Shown: piece after piece, positions 55,607 to 63,608 of the stretch
Position numbering within the stretch: the stretch's first letter is position 1
Layout of the letters: each line of letters opens with the position of its first letter
From: Syntrophomonadaceae bacterium
GTDB lineage: Bacteria > Bacillota > Dethiobacteria > DTU022
Assembly (NCBI GenBank): GCA_007130825.1
Contig: SLRT01000018.1
Location: 1 to 63,608 of the forward strand
Direction of reading: 5' to 3'
DNA: 63,608 nucleotides
Translations under genes and position numbers: made by a program
The notes under the pieces: model-generated
Seen by the model: only the letters and a program-made list of their open reading frames with translations
The model's database searches: none
What the model was told of the DNA's origin: nothing

Positions 55607-56160
55607 TCATGATTATTGATATGATAAATTTTCCCGGTTGCATAAAACCATGATCAGCGCTACAGTTTTATGAGTTGTTCCGCCCTGGTTTAAAATCACC
55701 GACAGGCAAATTTTTGAATATTTTTTCCGAACTTGCGGCAGCTTTGGGCCATGAAATTGAAGCTTGAATATATAACCAGTTGCCTAAAAGTTAACTCTCA
55801 AGGGAATACAGCCGTTTCTACAGAGCGGCATATTTAAGGCCCGGTTTTGTGAGGTAAATTGTACCCCGGTTAATAAGCCTTTTACTTAAGGGTAAAGTTA
55901 CCGCCTCTTATTTAAGTACTTTGCCGACCGCCGGCAAACACTTTGCTAACCTGAACCAGGGATATCAATATTAATTTGTCAAATTTAATGCATTCAGTTA
56001 AAATCAGGGTGTATCAACAGGTATAAATATTAAAATGTTACTATGACCGTTGCAAGTTACCCTGGAATTAGATTGTCTACGAAAAATTGGGCTGCCTGTG
56101 TTTCGAGCTATTTGCGATGCCTCTGGTAGAATAACCATGAAAAGGTTGAGGGTAAATTAT

Positions 56161-56391
56161 ATGCGCCGCTGGAAAAGCAGTGAATTGGATAAAAAAATCA
56201 ATGAAAAAAGGGCGGAAGTAGATCGTTTTCTTCTAACGTCCCGCCAGGGCAAGATCATCAGGCGAAGACCGCGTGACAAAGAAGAGCAAAACGTTTTAGA
56301 TATGTTATGCAAAAAAAAATGGGAAGACGACCTCGCCAGGGGGAAAATAAAAATACTTAGCAGGAGAAAATGGTACTATGAGTTCGATTGA
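56161..56391 (+). CDS. Small, very basic hypothetical protein (76 aa from ATG 56161)
   Basis: MRRWKSSELDKKINEKRAEVDRFLL...RRRPRDKEE...KILSRRKWYYEFD. GAGGG lies 8 nt upstream. It overlaps the downstream gene by 14 nt. The ORF track opens at 56050. Confidence 0.45.
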   Translation: MRRWKSSELDKKINEKRAEVDRFLLTSRQGKIIRRRPRDKEEQNVLDMLCKKKWEDDLARGKIKILSRRKWYYEFD

Positions 56392-56956
56392 AAGGGCCAG
56401 GGAGGAACTGTATAAATTATCAGGTTCAGGTAAAAATCGTTTTGAAGTTATGGCTGAAACTACTGCCATAATTACGGAACTAATGGAAGCCCAGGGACTT
56501 AAACCTATAGTTGTAGGAGGGTTTGCGGTCGAAATATATACCAGGGGTCAATATACCACTCTGGACATTGACCTGGTTACAAAGGGAAGAGAGATTGCCG
56601 GAGATATTTTTATCAGTCTGGGTTTTTTGCGGGAAGGCCGTCACTGGTATCAACCAGAATTGGGCGTGGCTATCGAGATCCCGGATAGCAAACTTGAGGG
56701 GGCAGATGAAAGCAAAATAATAAGGCTGGAATTGCCAAGCGGAAGGTACCTTTATGTGATTGGTATCGAAGATATAATTTTAGATCGGCTAAGGGCTTGT
56801 GTGCACTGGACATCATCATCCGATTGTGAGTGGGGATTACGCATGCTAAAAGTTCATCTTAACTCCTTGGATTTAAACTACATGAAAGAAATGGCTGAAA
56901 AAGATCATTCCAGCACGGCCCAAAAGCTGGATGAGTGGTTGAAAGAAATGAATTAA
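56378..56956 (+). CDS. Minimal nucleotidyltransferase-fold protein (MNT/AbiEii-like core)
   Basis: 192 aa. The motif VVGGFAVEIYTRGQYTTLDIDLV fits the pol-beta-superfamily hG[GS]...DxD signature. The C-terminal half is helical. Confidence 0.6.
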   Translation: MSSIERAREELYKLSGSGKNRFEVMAETTAIITELMEAQGLKPIVVGGFAVEIYTRGQYTTLDIDLVTKGREIAGDIFISLGFLREGRHWYQPELGVAIEIPDSKLEGADESKIIRLELPSGRYLYVIGIEDIILDRLRACVHWTSSSDCEWGLRMLKVHLNSLDLNYMKEMAEKDHSSTAQKLDEWLKEMN

Positions 56957-57017
56957 AGTATATTAATTAACCCTACCTCTTTAACCTTCATATAGTCTCA
57001 AAAAAAGCGATCCTCTG

Positions 57018-57046
57018 TTGACAGGAAGGATAAATCATTTTATCAT
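57018..57046 (+). promoter_or_regulatory. Sigma-A-type promoter of the arsR-usp-acr3 unit
   Basis: TTGACA, a 17-nt spacer, then TATCAT. Confidence 0.55.
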
Positions 57047-57060
57047 ATTAACAAAAGCGA

Positions 57061-57080
57061 ATATGATCAATTGATTATAT
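57061..57080 (+). promoter_or_regulatory. Imperfect 20-bp palindrome, candidate ArsR operator
   Basis: ATATGATCAATTGATTATAT (core ATCAATTGAT is perfect), lying between the promoter and the arsR start. Confidence 0.45.
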
Positions 57081-57094
57081 GAAGGTGATCGGGA

Positions 57095-57466
57095 ATGGAA
57101 TCCAAATTAACAAGGATACTAAAAGCTTTAGCTGATGATACCCGCTTGCGGATGCTTAACTTACTGCAGCATTATGATCTCTGTGTCTGCGAGTTAGAAA
57201 TTTTGCTGGGAATTAGCCAGTCCAATGCTTCCAGGCACTTGAACAAGCTAACCAATGCCGGTTTGCTGGAATACTATAAAGCGGCCAAGTATGTTTATTA
57301 CCAGATCAACTCAGAAACCATTAAAGAATACCTGTTTATTAATGTAATTCTGACATCAGAAATTATGAAACTGGATCAATGCCGGAAGGATTACGAAAAG
57401 ATGGCTTATTACAAAAGCAAAGGTTATACCTGCGATGACTTAAAAGCGGGAATTGTAAACTTCTAG
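57095..57466 (+). CDS. arsR: ArsR/SmtB-family metalloregulator
   Basis: LADDTRLRMLNLLQHYDLCVCELEILLGISQSNASRHLNKL. The wHTH carries the CVC metalloid-binding motif. Confidence 0.85.
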   Translation: MESKLTRILKALADDTRLRMLNLLQHYDLCVCELEILLGISQSNASRHLNKLTNAGLLEYYKAAKYVYYQINSETIKEYLFINVILTSEIMKLDQCRKDYEKMAYYKSKGYTCDDLKAGIVNF

Positions 57467-57703
57467 TTAAACTCAAAATGGCATTTAATCAGGAACTAAC
57501 AAATATTTGTATTGACAGCAGGATAAAAGCAGTTTGTTTTTAAAACCAGCTTTTGCTTTTATTGTGTAGTTTCACTCGATAGCATGAAAAGCATTTATAA
57601 GGATGGTTCAAGATGGCTGAAGAACACAAGTTGGGCTTTTTGGTGCAGTTTTGTAAAATCATGAAGGCTTAAATACAGCAATTATATTGAACACGAAGAA
57701 AGG

Positions 57704-58567
57704 ATGAGTGAAATGTTTGAGAAGGTTGTAATGGCAACCGATTTTACGCCAGGCGGCGAAAAACTGTTTAACTGCCTGGGAGAACTAAAAGCAGTTGGCA
57801 CCAAAGAGATTATCCTTACCTGGGTTATGGAAATCAGGTATTCCGGCGGACCAAGCGGATCGCTGCAAAAGCAACACAGGCAGAAACTTGCGGAAAAAAC
57901 AAAAGAAATAGAAAAAATGGGGTTTAAAGCAAGTTATGAAGCACCGATCGGGTTCCCAGCCCGGGAAATTAACACTGTTGCTGAAAAAGTCGATGCATCG
58001 CTGATCGTTATTGCTTCACGAGGCAAGAACAGGGTCCGGGATTTTTTCCTGGGCAGTACTACATCTACCATGATCAGGCAAACAAAAACCCCGACCTTGA
58101 TTGAACGAATTGAGCTGATTGAAAGCCTGGGCGAAAAAGATTGCCAGCTGGTTTGCAGCCGTAAATTCGACTCAATTCTGATGCCGACAGATTTTTCAAC
58201 TGCGGCCGAAGAGGCGGAAAAAGTTGTCAGCGGTTTGGCTAAACATGCCGGCAAAATTGTCCTTGCTTCAGTGGTTGAAGAAGGGGAAAGTGAAGAAGAG
58301 ATTGAAGAGCTCAGGAAAAAAGCATCCAGGCAGCTTGAGGAGCTTGGTGAAAGCTGCAGAAAATCATGTCCGGAAGTGAAAATTAGGATAGAAACGGGCA
58401 TCCCATCGAAACATATAAAAACTATTGCCGAGGAAGAGGATATTACGCTGATTGTTCAGGGTATGCGCGGCAAAGGAGGAGTAGAAGGCCTGGTGCTGGG
58501 CAGTACGGCAGAAACAGTAGCCCGGACTTCAGCCCGGCCTGTTCTGCTCGTGCCTGCAAAAATATAA
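57704..58567 (+). CDS. Tandem-domain universal stress protein (UspA family)
   Basis: Two USP domains, each ending in a G-x2-G-x9-G(S/T)-like motif (FFLGSTTSTMIRQTKTPTL and LVLGSTAETVARTSARPVLLV). Confidence 0.85.
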   Translation: MSEMFEKVVMATDFTPGGEKLFNCLGELKAVGTKEIILTWVMEIRYSGGPSGSLQKQHRQKLAEKTKEIEKMGFKASYEAPIGFPAREINTVAEKVDASLIVIASRGKNRVRDFFLGSTTSTMIRQTKTPTLIERIELIESLGEKDCQLVCSRKFDSILMPTDFSTAAEEAEKVVSGLAKHAGKIVLASVVEEGESEEEIEELRKKASRQLEELGESCRKSCPEVKIRIETGIPSKHIKTIAEEEDITLIVQGMRGKGGVEGLVLGSTAETVARTSARPVLLVPAKI

Positions 58568-58622
58568 AGATCAAGCAATTTCAAACAAACTGTTATACTA
58601 ATTGAAGGAGTGATTGACAGAG

Positions 58623-59708
58623 ATGAGTGAACAAAAAGCTTATGAACTTAGTTTTTTCCACAAGTACCTTTCAGTTTGGGTGGCTTTGTGCATTTTGATC
58701 GGTGTCGGGCTTGGCCGTGTTATTCCCGGCGCAGCTGAGTTTTTAAGTGAGATCCAGGTAGAGCAGGTTAATATCCCGATTGCTATCTTACTCTTTGCCA
58801 TGATGTACCCAATCATGCTGCAGATAGATTTTAGCGAGGTAGTTAATGCGGTGAAAGCTCCGCGGGCGGTTATCCTGACTTTAGTTGTCAACTGGCTGAT
58901 CAAACCTTTCAGCATGTTCTTTTTTGCCTGGCTGTTTATGCGTATTATCTGGGCCCCGTATATCGGGTACGAGCTGGCGGGTGAATACATGGCCGGCATG
59001 ATTCTTTTGGGTATAGCCCCGTGTACGGCAATGGTCCTGGTTTTCAGTTACCTGGCCAAGGGCTTTATGGGCCTTACCCTGGTGTTGGTGGCCATTAACT
59101 CGCTGACCATGCTTGTCCTTTATGCTCCATTGGGCAATTTCTTATTAGATGTTGCAGAAATGCCCATACCTTTCATGACTATATTTTTGAGCATTATGCT
59201 CTATGTAGGGGTTTCGCTCGTAGCCGGATATGTTACCCGCAAGAGGTTGATTGCAACCCGGGGTATTGATTGGTACGAGCGGGTATTCTTAAAGCATATG
59301 GGCACTATTTCAGTAGTTGCCCTGCTGGCTACTTTAATATATCTTTTCATGCTCCAGGGTGATGTAATTATTGAAAATCCACTGGGTGTAGTTATGATTG
59401 CAGTACCCTTGATCATTCAGATAATGTTTATTTTTAGCTTGGGTTACCTGGTAGCCAAACTTATCGGCCTGACTTATGAAGAGGCGGCCCCGGCTTCTAT
59501 GATTGGGGCCAGCAACCATTTCGAAGTTGCTATAGCTACAGCGGTCACAGTATTTGGAGTAGGTTCCGGGGCTGCTCTTTCCACAGTAGTAGGAGTTCTA
59601 ATTGAAGTGCCGATCATGTTAACTCTGGTGACTATTTGCCTGAGAACTGCCCGCTGGTTTCCCAAAATGTCAGCTTACACTAACAAGATGTCAAAAGAGG
59701 ATCGATAA
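58623..59708 (+). CDS. acr3: ACR3-family arsenite efflux transporter
   Basis: About 360 aa and 10 TM. LSFFHKYLSVWVALCILIGVGLG, GIAPCTAMV and GASNHFEVAIA are Acr3 hallmarks. The ORF track starts at TTG 58614. Confidence 0.9.
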   Translation: MSEQKAYELSFFHKYLSVWVALCILIGVGLGRVIPGAAEFLSEIQVEQVNIPIAILLFAMMYPIMLQIDFSEVVNAVKAPRAVILTLVVNWLIKPFSMFFFAWLFMRIIWAPYIGYELAGEYMAGMILLGIAPCTAMVLVFSYLAKGFMGLTLVLVAINSLTMLVLYAPLGNFLLDVAEMPIPFMTIFLSIMLYVGVSLVAGYVTRKRLIATRGIDWYERVFLKHMGTISVVALLATLIYLFMLQGDVIIENPLGVVMIAVPLIIQIMFIFSLGYLVAKLIGLTYEEAAPASMIGASNHFEVAIATAVTVFGVGSGAALSTVVGVLIEVPIMLTLVTICLRTARWFPKMSAYTNKMSKEDR

Positions 59709-59786
59709 AGCGGTTTATAGAACTAAAACTGATCAACAGAGGGTGTATTACAAGCAAGCTTAATTAATACAACTAAAAGATCAATT

Positions 59787-59822
59787 AAAAGGCCTTCCCT
59801 GTGTTTGCGGGGAGGGCCTTTT
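59787..59822. terminator. Bidirectional intrinsic terminator between the convergent acr3 and permease genes
   Basis: AAAAGGCCTTCCC / GGGGAGGGCCTTTT forms a 13-bp stem with one G:U pair, an A-run on the left and a T-run on the right. Confidence 0.7.
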
Positions 59823-59852
59823 AATAAGGGGCTATAGATAGCTTTTATGGCG

Positions 59853-61028
59853 CTAAGACATGATGGTTCCGAAAATCATCCCGGAGATGGTGGCCATGAT
59901 TGACACCAGGATGACGAAGACTATAGTTTTTGACGTTCCCAGCACACTGCGGATAACCAGCATATTGGGCAGGCTCAAAGCCGGTCCGGCTAAAAGAAGG
60001 GCCAGTGCGGGTCCCTGCCCCATTCCGGAGCCAAGCAGGCCCTGGAGGATAGGCACCTCGGTCAGGGTGGCGAAATACATGAAAGCGCCGATAACAGAGG
60101 CGACCAGGTTGGCCTGGAAACTGTTGCCCCCGACCAGGGCTTCGATGTATTGGACAGGGATCAAACCGGCATCGCTTTCCGGGCGGCCCATCAGAAAACC
60201 GGCTGCCATTACCCCCGCAAAAAGCAAAGGCAGGATTTGCAGGGTGAAGTCACGCGTGGATTCGACCCAGGAAACCCGTTCCTCCCGGTCAAACCAGCGC
60301 CAGACCATAAAACCGAGAATGATTAAAAGAGCGGCCACCAGGTACCATTTGGCCTGGTAAACTGCATACCACAATCCGGCGGCTTCCTCGGGCCTACCAA
60401 GGGCGGCAATAACCAGGATTAAAATCAGGACCAGGAAGTAAGCCAGGTTTTGCAGCTGGCTGCGTTTTTCAGGAGCTTCTTCCTCCAAGCCCTGCATGGG
60501 GGATTCGGTCCTGTTCCGGTCTTCTTTCCTGTAGAGCAGGGCCATAATCAAACCTATAACTAAGGCGAAAATCACGGCGCCTATGGCCCGGGCCAAGCCA
60601 AGCTCCCAACCCAGGACCCTGGCGGTAAGGATAATGGCCAGGATGTTAATGGCCGGCCCGGAATAAAGAAAAGCGATCGCGGGGCCGATACCGGCTCCTT
60701 TTTTGTAAATACCGGCAAAGAGAGGCAGTACCGTGCAGGAGCAAACGGCCAGTACGCTTCCGGACACCGATGCGACCGAGTAAGCCAGCACTTTGTGCGC
60801 CCCGCCGCCGAAATACTTGATCACTGCCCCCTGGGAGAGGAAGTTGGCAATTGCCCCGGCAATGAAGAAAGCCGGAATCAGGGTTTGCAGTACGTGTTCG
60901 CGGACATAATACTGCAAGAGGGAAAAAGCTTCCATAATGGAAGCCTGGATATTTGGATGCTGAAAGGGGATAAAGTATGCGGCTATAAACACTAAGATCA
61001 GGATGATTGCTTTTCGCATGTTTCCCAT
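59853..61028 (-). CDS. COG0701/ArsP-like permease (putative organoarsenical/metalloid permease)
   Basis: 391 aa, polytopic, with the vicinal-Cys motif VCSCTVLPLFAG. It is paired with a small CxxC thioredoxin-fold gene, as is typical for this family. Confidence 0.75.
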   Translation of the reverse strand: MGNMRKAIILILVFIAAYFIPFQHPNIQASIMEAFSLLQYYVREHVLQTLIPAFFIAGAIANFLSQGAVIKYFGGGAHKVLAYSVASVSGSVLAVCSCTVLPLFAGIYKKGAGIGPAIAFLYSGPAINILAIILTARVLGWELGLARAIGAVIFALVIGLIMALLYRKEDRNRTESPMQGLEEEAPEKRSQLQNLAYFLVLILILVIAALGRPEEAAGLWYAVYQAKWYLVAALLIILGFMVWRWFDREERVSWVESTRDFTLQILPLLFAGVMAAGFLMGRPESDAGLIPVQYIEALVGGNSFQANLVASVIGAFMYFATLTEVPILQGLLGSGMGQGPALALLLAGPALSLPNMLVIRSVLGTSKTIVFVILVSIMATISGMIFGTIMS

Positions 61029-61104
61029 TGATTAAACACTCCCCTAACAGCCCGGAATGAACGGGCTGGAAACATTAAACCTGCTTTATTTGATGGATCA
61101 GTGG

Positions 61105-61344
61105 TTATTGTTCTTCCTGGATCCATTTCTTGATCTGGTCTTGTTTCGGGACCTTACCGGAAACTTTGACTTTGTCGTTAATGACCAGCCCTGGAGTCAT
61201 GAAAACATCATGTTCCATGATTTTAGTGGTATCTTCCACCTTTTCAACATCGGCCGGTAAGTTTAACTCCGCCAGGGCATTTTTTACTTCCTGTTCCATC
61301 TTTTCGCAGTTTTTGCAGCCGGGGCCGAGAATCTTAATTTTCAT
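61105..61344 (-). CDS. Small thioredoxin-fold redox-active disulfide protein
   Basis: 79 aa. MKIKILGPGCKNCEKME... carries a CxxC motif. Confidence 0.85.
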   Translation of the reverse strand: MKIKILGPGCKNCEKMEQEVKNALAELNLPADVEKVEDTTKIMEHDVFMTPGLVINDKVKVSGKVPKQDQIKKWIQEEQ

Positions 61345-61406
61345 CGCTTCCCGCTCCTTTCCTATTGATTAATCAATCTTAATTTGAGTAATTTTGTGCA
61401 TCCGCT

Positions 61407-61727
61407 TTAAACCAGCGTTTTTTGCCTTCTTTCCCAAAAAATCTTGAGCAGTTCAGAACTGGCTTCCAGCAGATCATGTATCCTTAAATCGGCTAGCCGG
61501 TAGAAAACCTTCAAGCCCTCTTTCCTCGATGATACCAGGCCTTCTTTTTTTAATATATTCAAGTGTCTTGACACATTGGACTGCTCCATCTGCAGTTCGG
61601 GCACAATTTTACACACGCAGAGCTCTCCGCCTTTTAAAAGCTCCAGGATCTGCAGCCTGGTCGGGTGGGCCAGGGCTTTGAGCATTTCCGCCTGGTAATG
61701 ATACCTGTTTTCAGCCATCCCTTTCAC
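61407..61727 (-). CDS. arsR: ArsR/SmtB-family metalloregulator (second copy)
   Basis: LKALAHPTRLQILELLKGGELCVCKI...QSNVSRHLNILKKEGLV. Confidence 0.85.
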   Translation of the reverse strand: MKGMAENRYHYQAEMLKALAHPTRLQILELLKGGELCVCKIVPELQMEQSNVSRHLNILKKEGLVSSRKEGLKVFYRLADLRIHDLLEASSELLKIFWERRQKTLV

Positions 61728-62041
61728 CTCTTAGAATTAAACTTATGTTGCTATATATAAATCTATTCATATAGTACCATAAACATAACTGCCTGGCAAC
61801 TCGAAGGAAAAACTTGAATTATTTATGCAACCAGGTTAACAATAAAAAACTTAGCCGGCTTATGCTGAGGCAACTTCAAATTGAACAAAAGGGATAACTA
61901 TTATATTCCCGGGCGCACCCCGGATCTAATAGCAGCCGGCGAAGGGTAAAGCAGGGCTGGTGTTTGCCGTAACAGGCAGGGGAAGGTAAAATGTGATCGT
62001 TTCGGTAAATAATAAAGATAAGAACACTGGGGGAGTGCATA

Positions 62042-62467
62042 ATGAATACTCAAAGTAAAAAAAGAAAAGTGCTCTTCCTGTGCACGGGTAATTCGGTGCG
62101 CAGTCAGATGGCGGAAGGTTTCTTAAAGGCCCTGGGCGGCGAGCGATTCGAAGTGAAAAGCGCAGGTACCGCTCCGGCCGGGATAAATCCGAGGTCAATC
62201 AAGGTGATGAAAGAGGTGGGCATCGATATCAGCTCCCAGTCTTCTGACCGGCTTGACCTACAAATGCTCGATAATGCAGACCTCTTGATTACCCTCTGCG
62301 GCGATGCCCGTGATAACTGTCCAATTGTTGCCCCGGGAGTGGAAAAGAGGCACTGGCCCCTGGAGGATCCTTCTTACCGGGTAGGGACGGAGGAAGAAAT
62401 AATGGATCGATTTAGAAAAACCCGGGACTTGATCAAAAAATACGCAGAAGATTTAATTGCAGAGTAA
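62042..62467 (+). CDS. arsC: Arsenate reductase, LMW-PTPase / thioredoxin-coupled type
   Basis: 141 aa. It has the P-loop LCTGNSVRS (CX5R-S) and the downstream Cys pair in TLCGDARDNCP. Confidence 0.9.
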   Translation: MNTQSKKRKVLFLCTGNSVRSQMAEGFLKALGGERFEVKSAGTAPAGINPRSIKVMKEVGIDISSQSSDRLDLQMLDNADLLITLCGDARDNCPIVAPGVEKRHWPLEDPSYRVGTEEEIMDRFRKTRDLIKKYAEDLIAE

Positions 62468-62540
62468 AACCGGCTTCAGGTGCATTTACAAGCATGTAAC
62501 TGAATGCTATAATATCAGCAAGTAATTAAATAATTGTAGC

Positions 62541-62690
62541 TTGTCAGGTGTCGATTGACTGAAAAGGGAAGCCGGTGAAAATCCGGCGCGGTCCCGCCAC
62601 TGTAAGTGGGAGTTGCCTCCTTGAAACCACTGGTAAAAACCGGGAAGGCAGGGGGTGCAGTGAACACGAGCCAGGAGACCTGCCTGACAG
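62541..62690 (+). promoter_or_regulatory. Cobalamin (B12) riboswitch aptamer
   Basis: AAAAGGGAAGCCGGTGAAAATCCGGCGCGGTCCCGCCACTGT and the B12 box GAGCCAGGAGACCTGCC. P1 pairs TTGTCAGG with CCTGACAG. Confidence 0.85.
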
Positions 62691-62728
62691 AGCGCTTAAC
62701 CCCTTCGGGTGAAAGGGTAAGGCGGGGT

Positions 62729-62760
62729 AAAAACCACGTGTTGCCGTGGTTTTTTGTTTT
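62729..62760 (+). terminator. Riboswitch expression-platform terminator
   Basis: AAAAACCACG TGTTGC CGTGGTTTTTTGTTTT. Confidence 0.8.
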
Positions 62761-62829
62761 ATAACATTAAACTTCAGCTTTCCTTGCTCAAAAACAGGGG
62801 TTAAGCAAAAAATAAAGGAGAGATAGGCG

Positions 62830-63608
62830 TTGAAAAAAAGTTTAATGTTTGCAGTAGTCTTTGCAGTAGCCAGCCTGTTATTGGCAGCTGGTTGTGCTGA
62901 GGTGGAGGAAGCGGTTGAACCTGATGAAGAGCAAGAGACAGCAGAAGTAAATGATGAAACTGTTGTTACCGACCAGATGGGCCGGGAGGTAGTAATTAAA
63001 GGTGTCCCGGAGCGGATAATTTCGCTTTCTCCGAGCAATACCGAGATAAGCTTTGCCCTGGGGCTTGGGGATCGGATAGTGGGTGTTACCGAGTACTGTA
63101 ACTATCCGCCCGAGGCAGAGGAAAAGGTTGCTGTCGGTGGTTTTGATTCTCCCAGCATTGAAAAAATTATCGAACTTGAGCCTGATCTGGTGCTTGCCTC
63201 CACCATTCATAATGAAGAGGTGCCGCGCCTGGAAGAACTGGATATAACGGTCCTGGTGATTGAAGCATCGACCTTAAGTGAGCTCTATGACAGCATGTCC
63301 CTGGTGGCAAAGATGACCGGGGTGCCCGATGCGGGCGAAGAGCTGATCGATTCGATGCGGGAACGGATCGACGCAGTGGAAAAAAAAGTTAGTTCAGTTG
63401 ATCCCGAAGATAAAGTGCGCGTTTTTTACGAGGTCTATTCCGATCCGCTGATGAGCGCCGGTGAAGGGGCTTTTATCAATGAAATCATTTCCCTGGCCGG
63501 CGGAGAAAATATTTTTGGCGATGTTGCTGAAAATTATCCGCAGATCAGCGCTGAAACAGTTGCTGAAAGGCAGCCCGAGATTATTTTATATCCGGATTAT
63601 CATGGAAC
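62830..63608 (+). CDS. BtuF-like ABC-transporter periplasmic binding lipoprotein (cobalamin / Fe3+-siderophore family), 5' part
   Basis: Not in the ORF track because it is open at the window end. TTG at 62830 follows AAGGAGAG. My translation reads LKKSLMFAVVFAVASLLLAAGC (lipobox) ...ERIISLSPSNTEISFALGLGDRIVGVTEYCNYP...LEPDLVLAS. Confidence 0.85.
   Translation, partial: MKKSLMFAVVFAVASLLLAAGCAEVEEAVEPDEEQETAEVNDETVVTDQMGREVVIKGVPERIISLSPSNTEISFALGLGDRIVGVTEYCNYPPEAEEKVAVGGFDSPSIEKIIELEPDLVLASTIHNEEVPRLEELDITVLVIEASTLSELYDSMSLVAKMTGVPDAGEELIDSMRERIDAVEKKVSSVDPEDKVRVFYEVYSDPLMSAGEGAFINEIISLAGGENIFGDVAENYPQISAETVAERQPEIILYPDYHG

Noticed and set aside
55830-55900. TTAAGGCCC / CTTAAGGG motifs in the rarD downstream spacer, considered as a sixth repeat copy.
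   Set aside because: Only the short TTAAGG-type strings match. None of the internal conserved blocks (GCTGCGCATTTTTGGC, AGGGGTCATTT, TCCAACTT) are present.
62544-63210. Minus-strand ORFs of 164 and 110 aa.
   Set aside because: They overlap the cobalamin riboswitch, its terminator and the BtuF-like gene, so they are shadow ORFs.

Overview
This is a 63.6-kb chromosomal segment from what looks like an anaerobic, Gram-positive-type (Clostridia-like) bacterium. The taxon is inferred from strong AGGAGG-type ribosome-binding sites, frequent GTG/TTG starts, a tungsten-type aldehyde:ferredoxin oxidoreductase, many radical-SAM and Fe-S proteins, and very acidic exported proteins. I support about 60 CDS, one tRNA-Arg(TCG), one cobalamin riboswitch, several intrinsic terminators and three sigma-A-like promoters. 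Housekeeping genes are carA-carB, panB, a Glu/Leu/Phe/Val-type dehydrogenase, PolX, cyclophilin and RidA. They are interspersed with accessory modules: (1) an IclR / M20 amidohydrolase / TRAP transporter / racemase-like / M24 (creatinase or DoeA-like) hydrolase catabolic locus; (2) a membrane-fused spermidine-synthase-like protein translationally coupled to a Tat-signal radical-SAM enzyme, with a second signal-anchored radical-SAM gene convergent on it; (3) an orange-protein (ORP)-like cluster of two NifX-like proteins, DUF5320, two MinD/ParA-ferredoxin ATPases and DUF134, of unresolved function; (4) an arsenic-resistance island; (5) a B12-riboswitch-controlled BtuF-like binding protein that runs off the window end. 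The most unusual thing I see directly is an unclassified intergenic repeat family of about 125-135 nt. It has five copies (16.6, 17.1, 20.7, 31.9 and 48.6 kb). It is conserved at nucleotide rather than codon level, keeps a 3' hairpin built from different sequences in different copies, and three copies lie just downstream of a same-strand gene. There is also clear local gene decay: a frameshifted yjbQ-family gene, a shattered molybdopterin oxidoreductase, an EamA remnant and a VOC remnant. No CRISPR array, transposase, integrase or rRNA was found. All calls come from reading the sequence and translations by eye; no database search was run.
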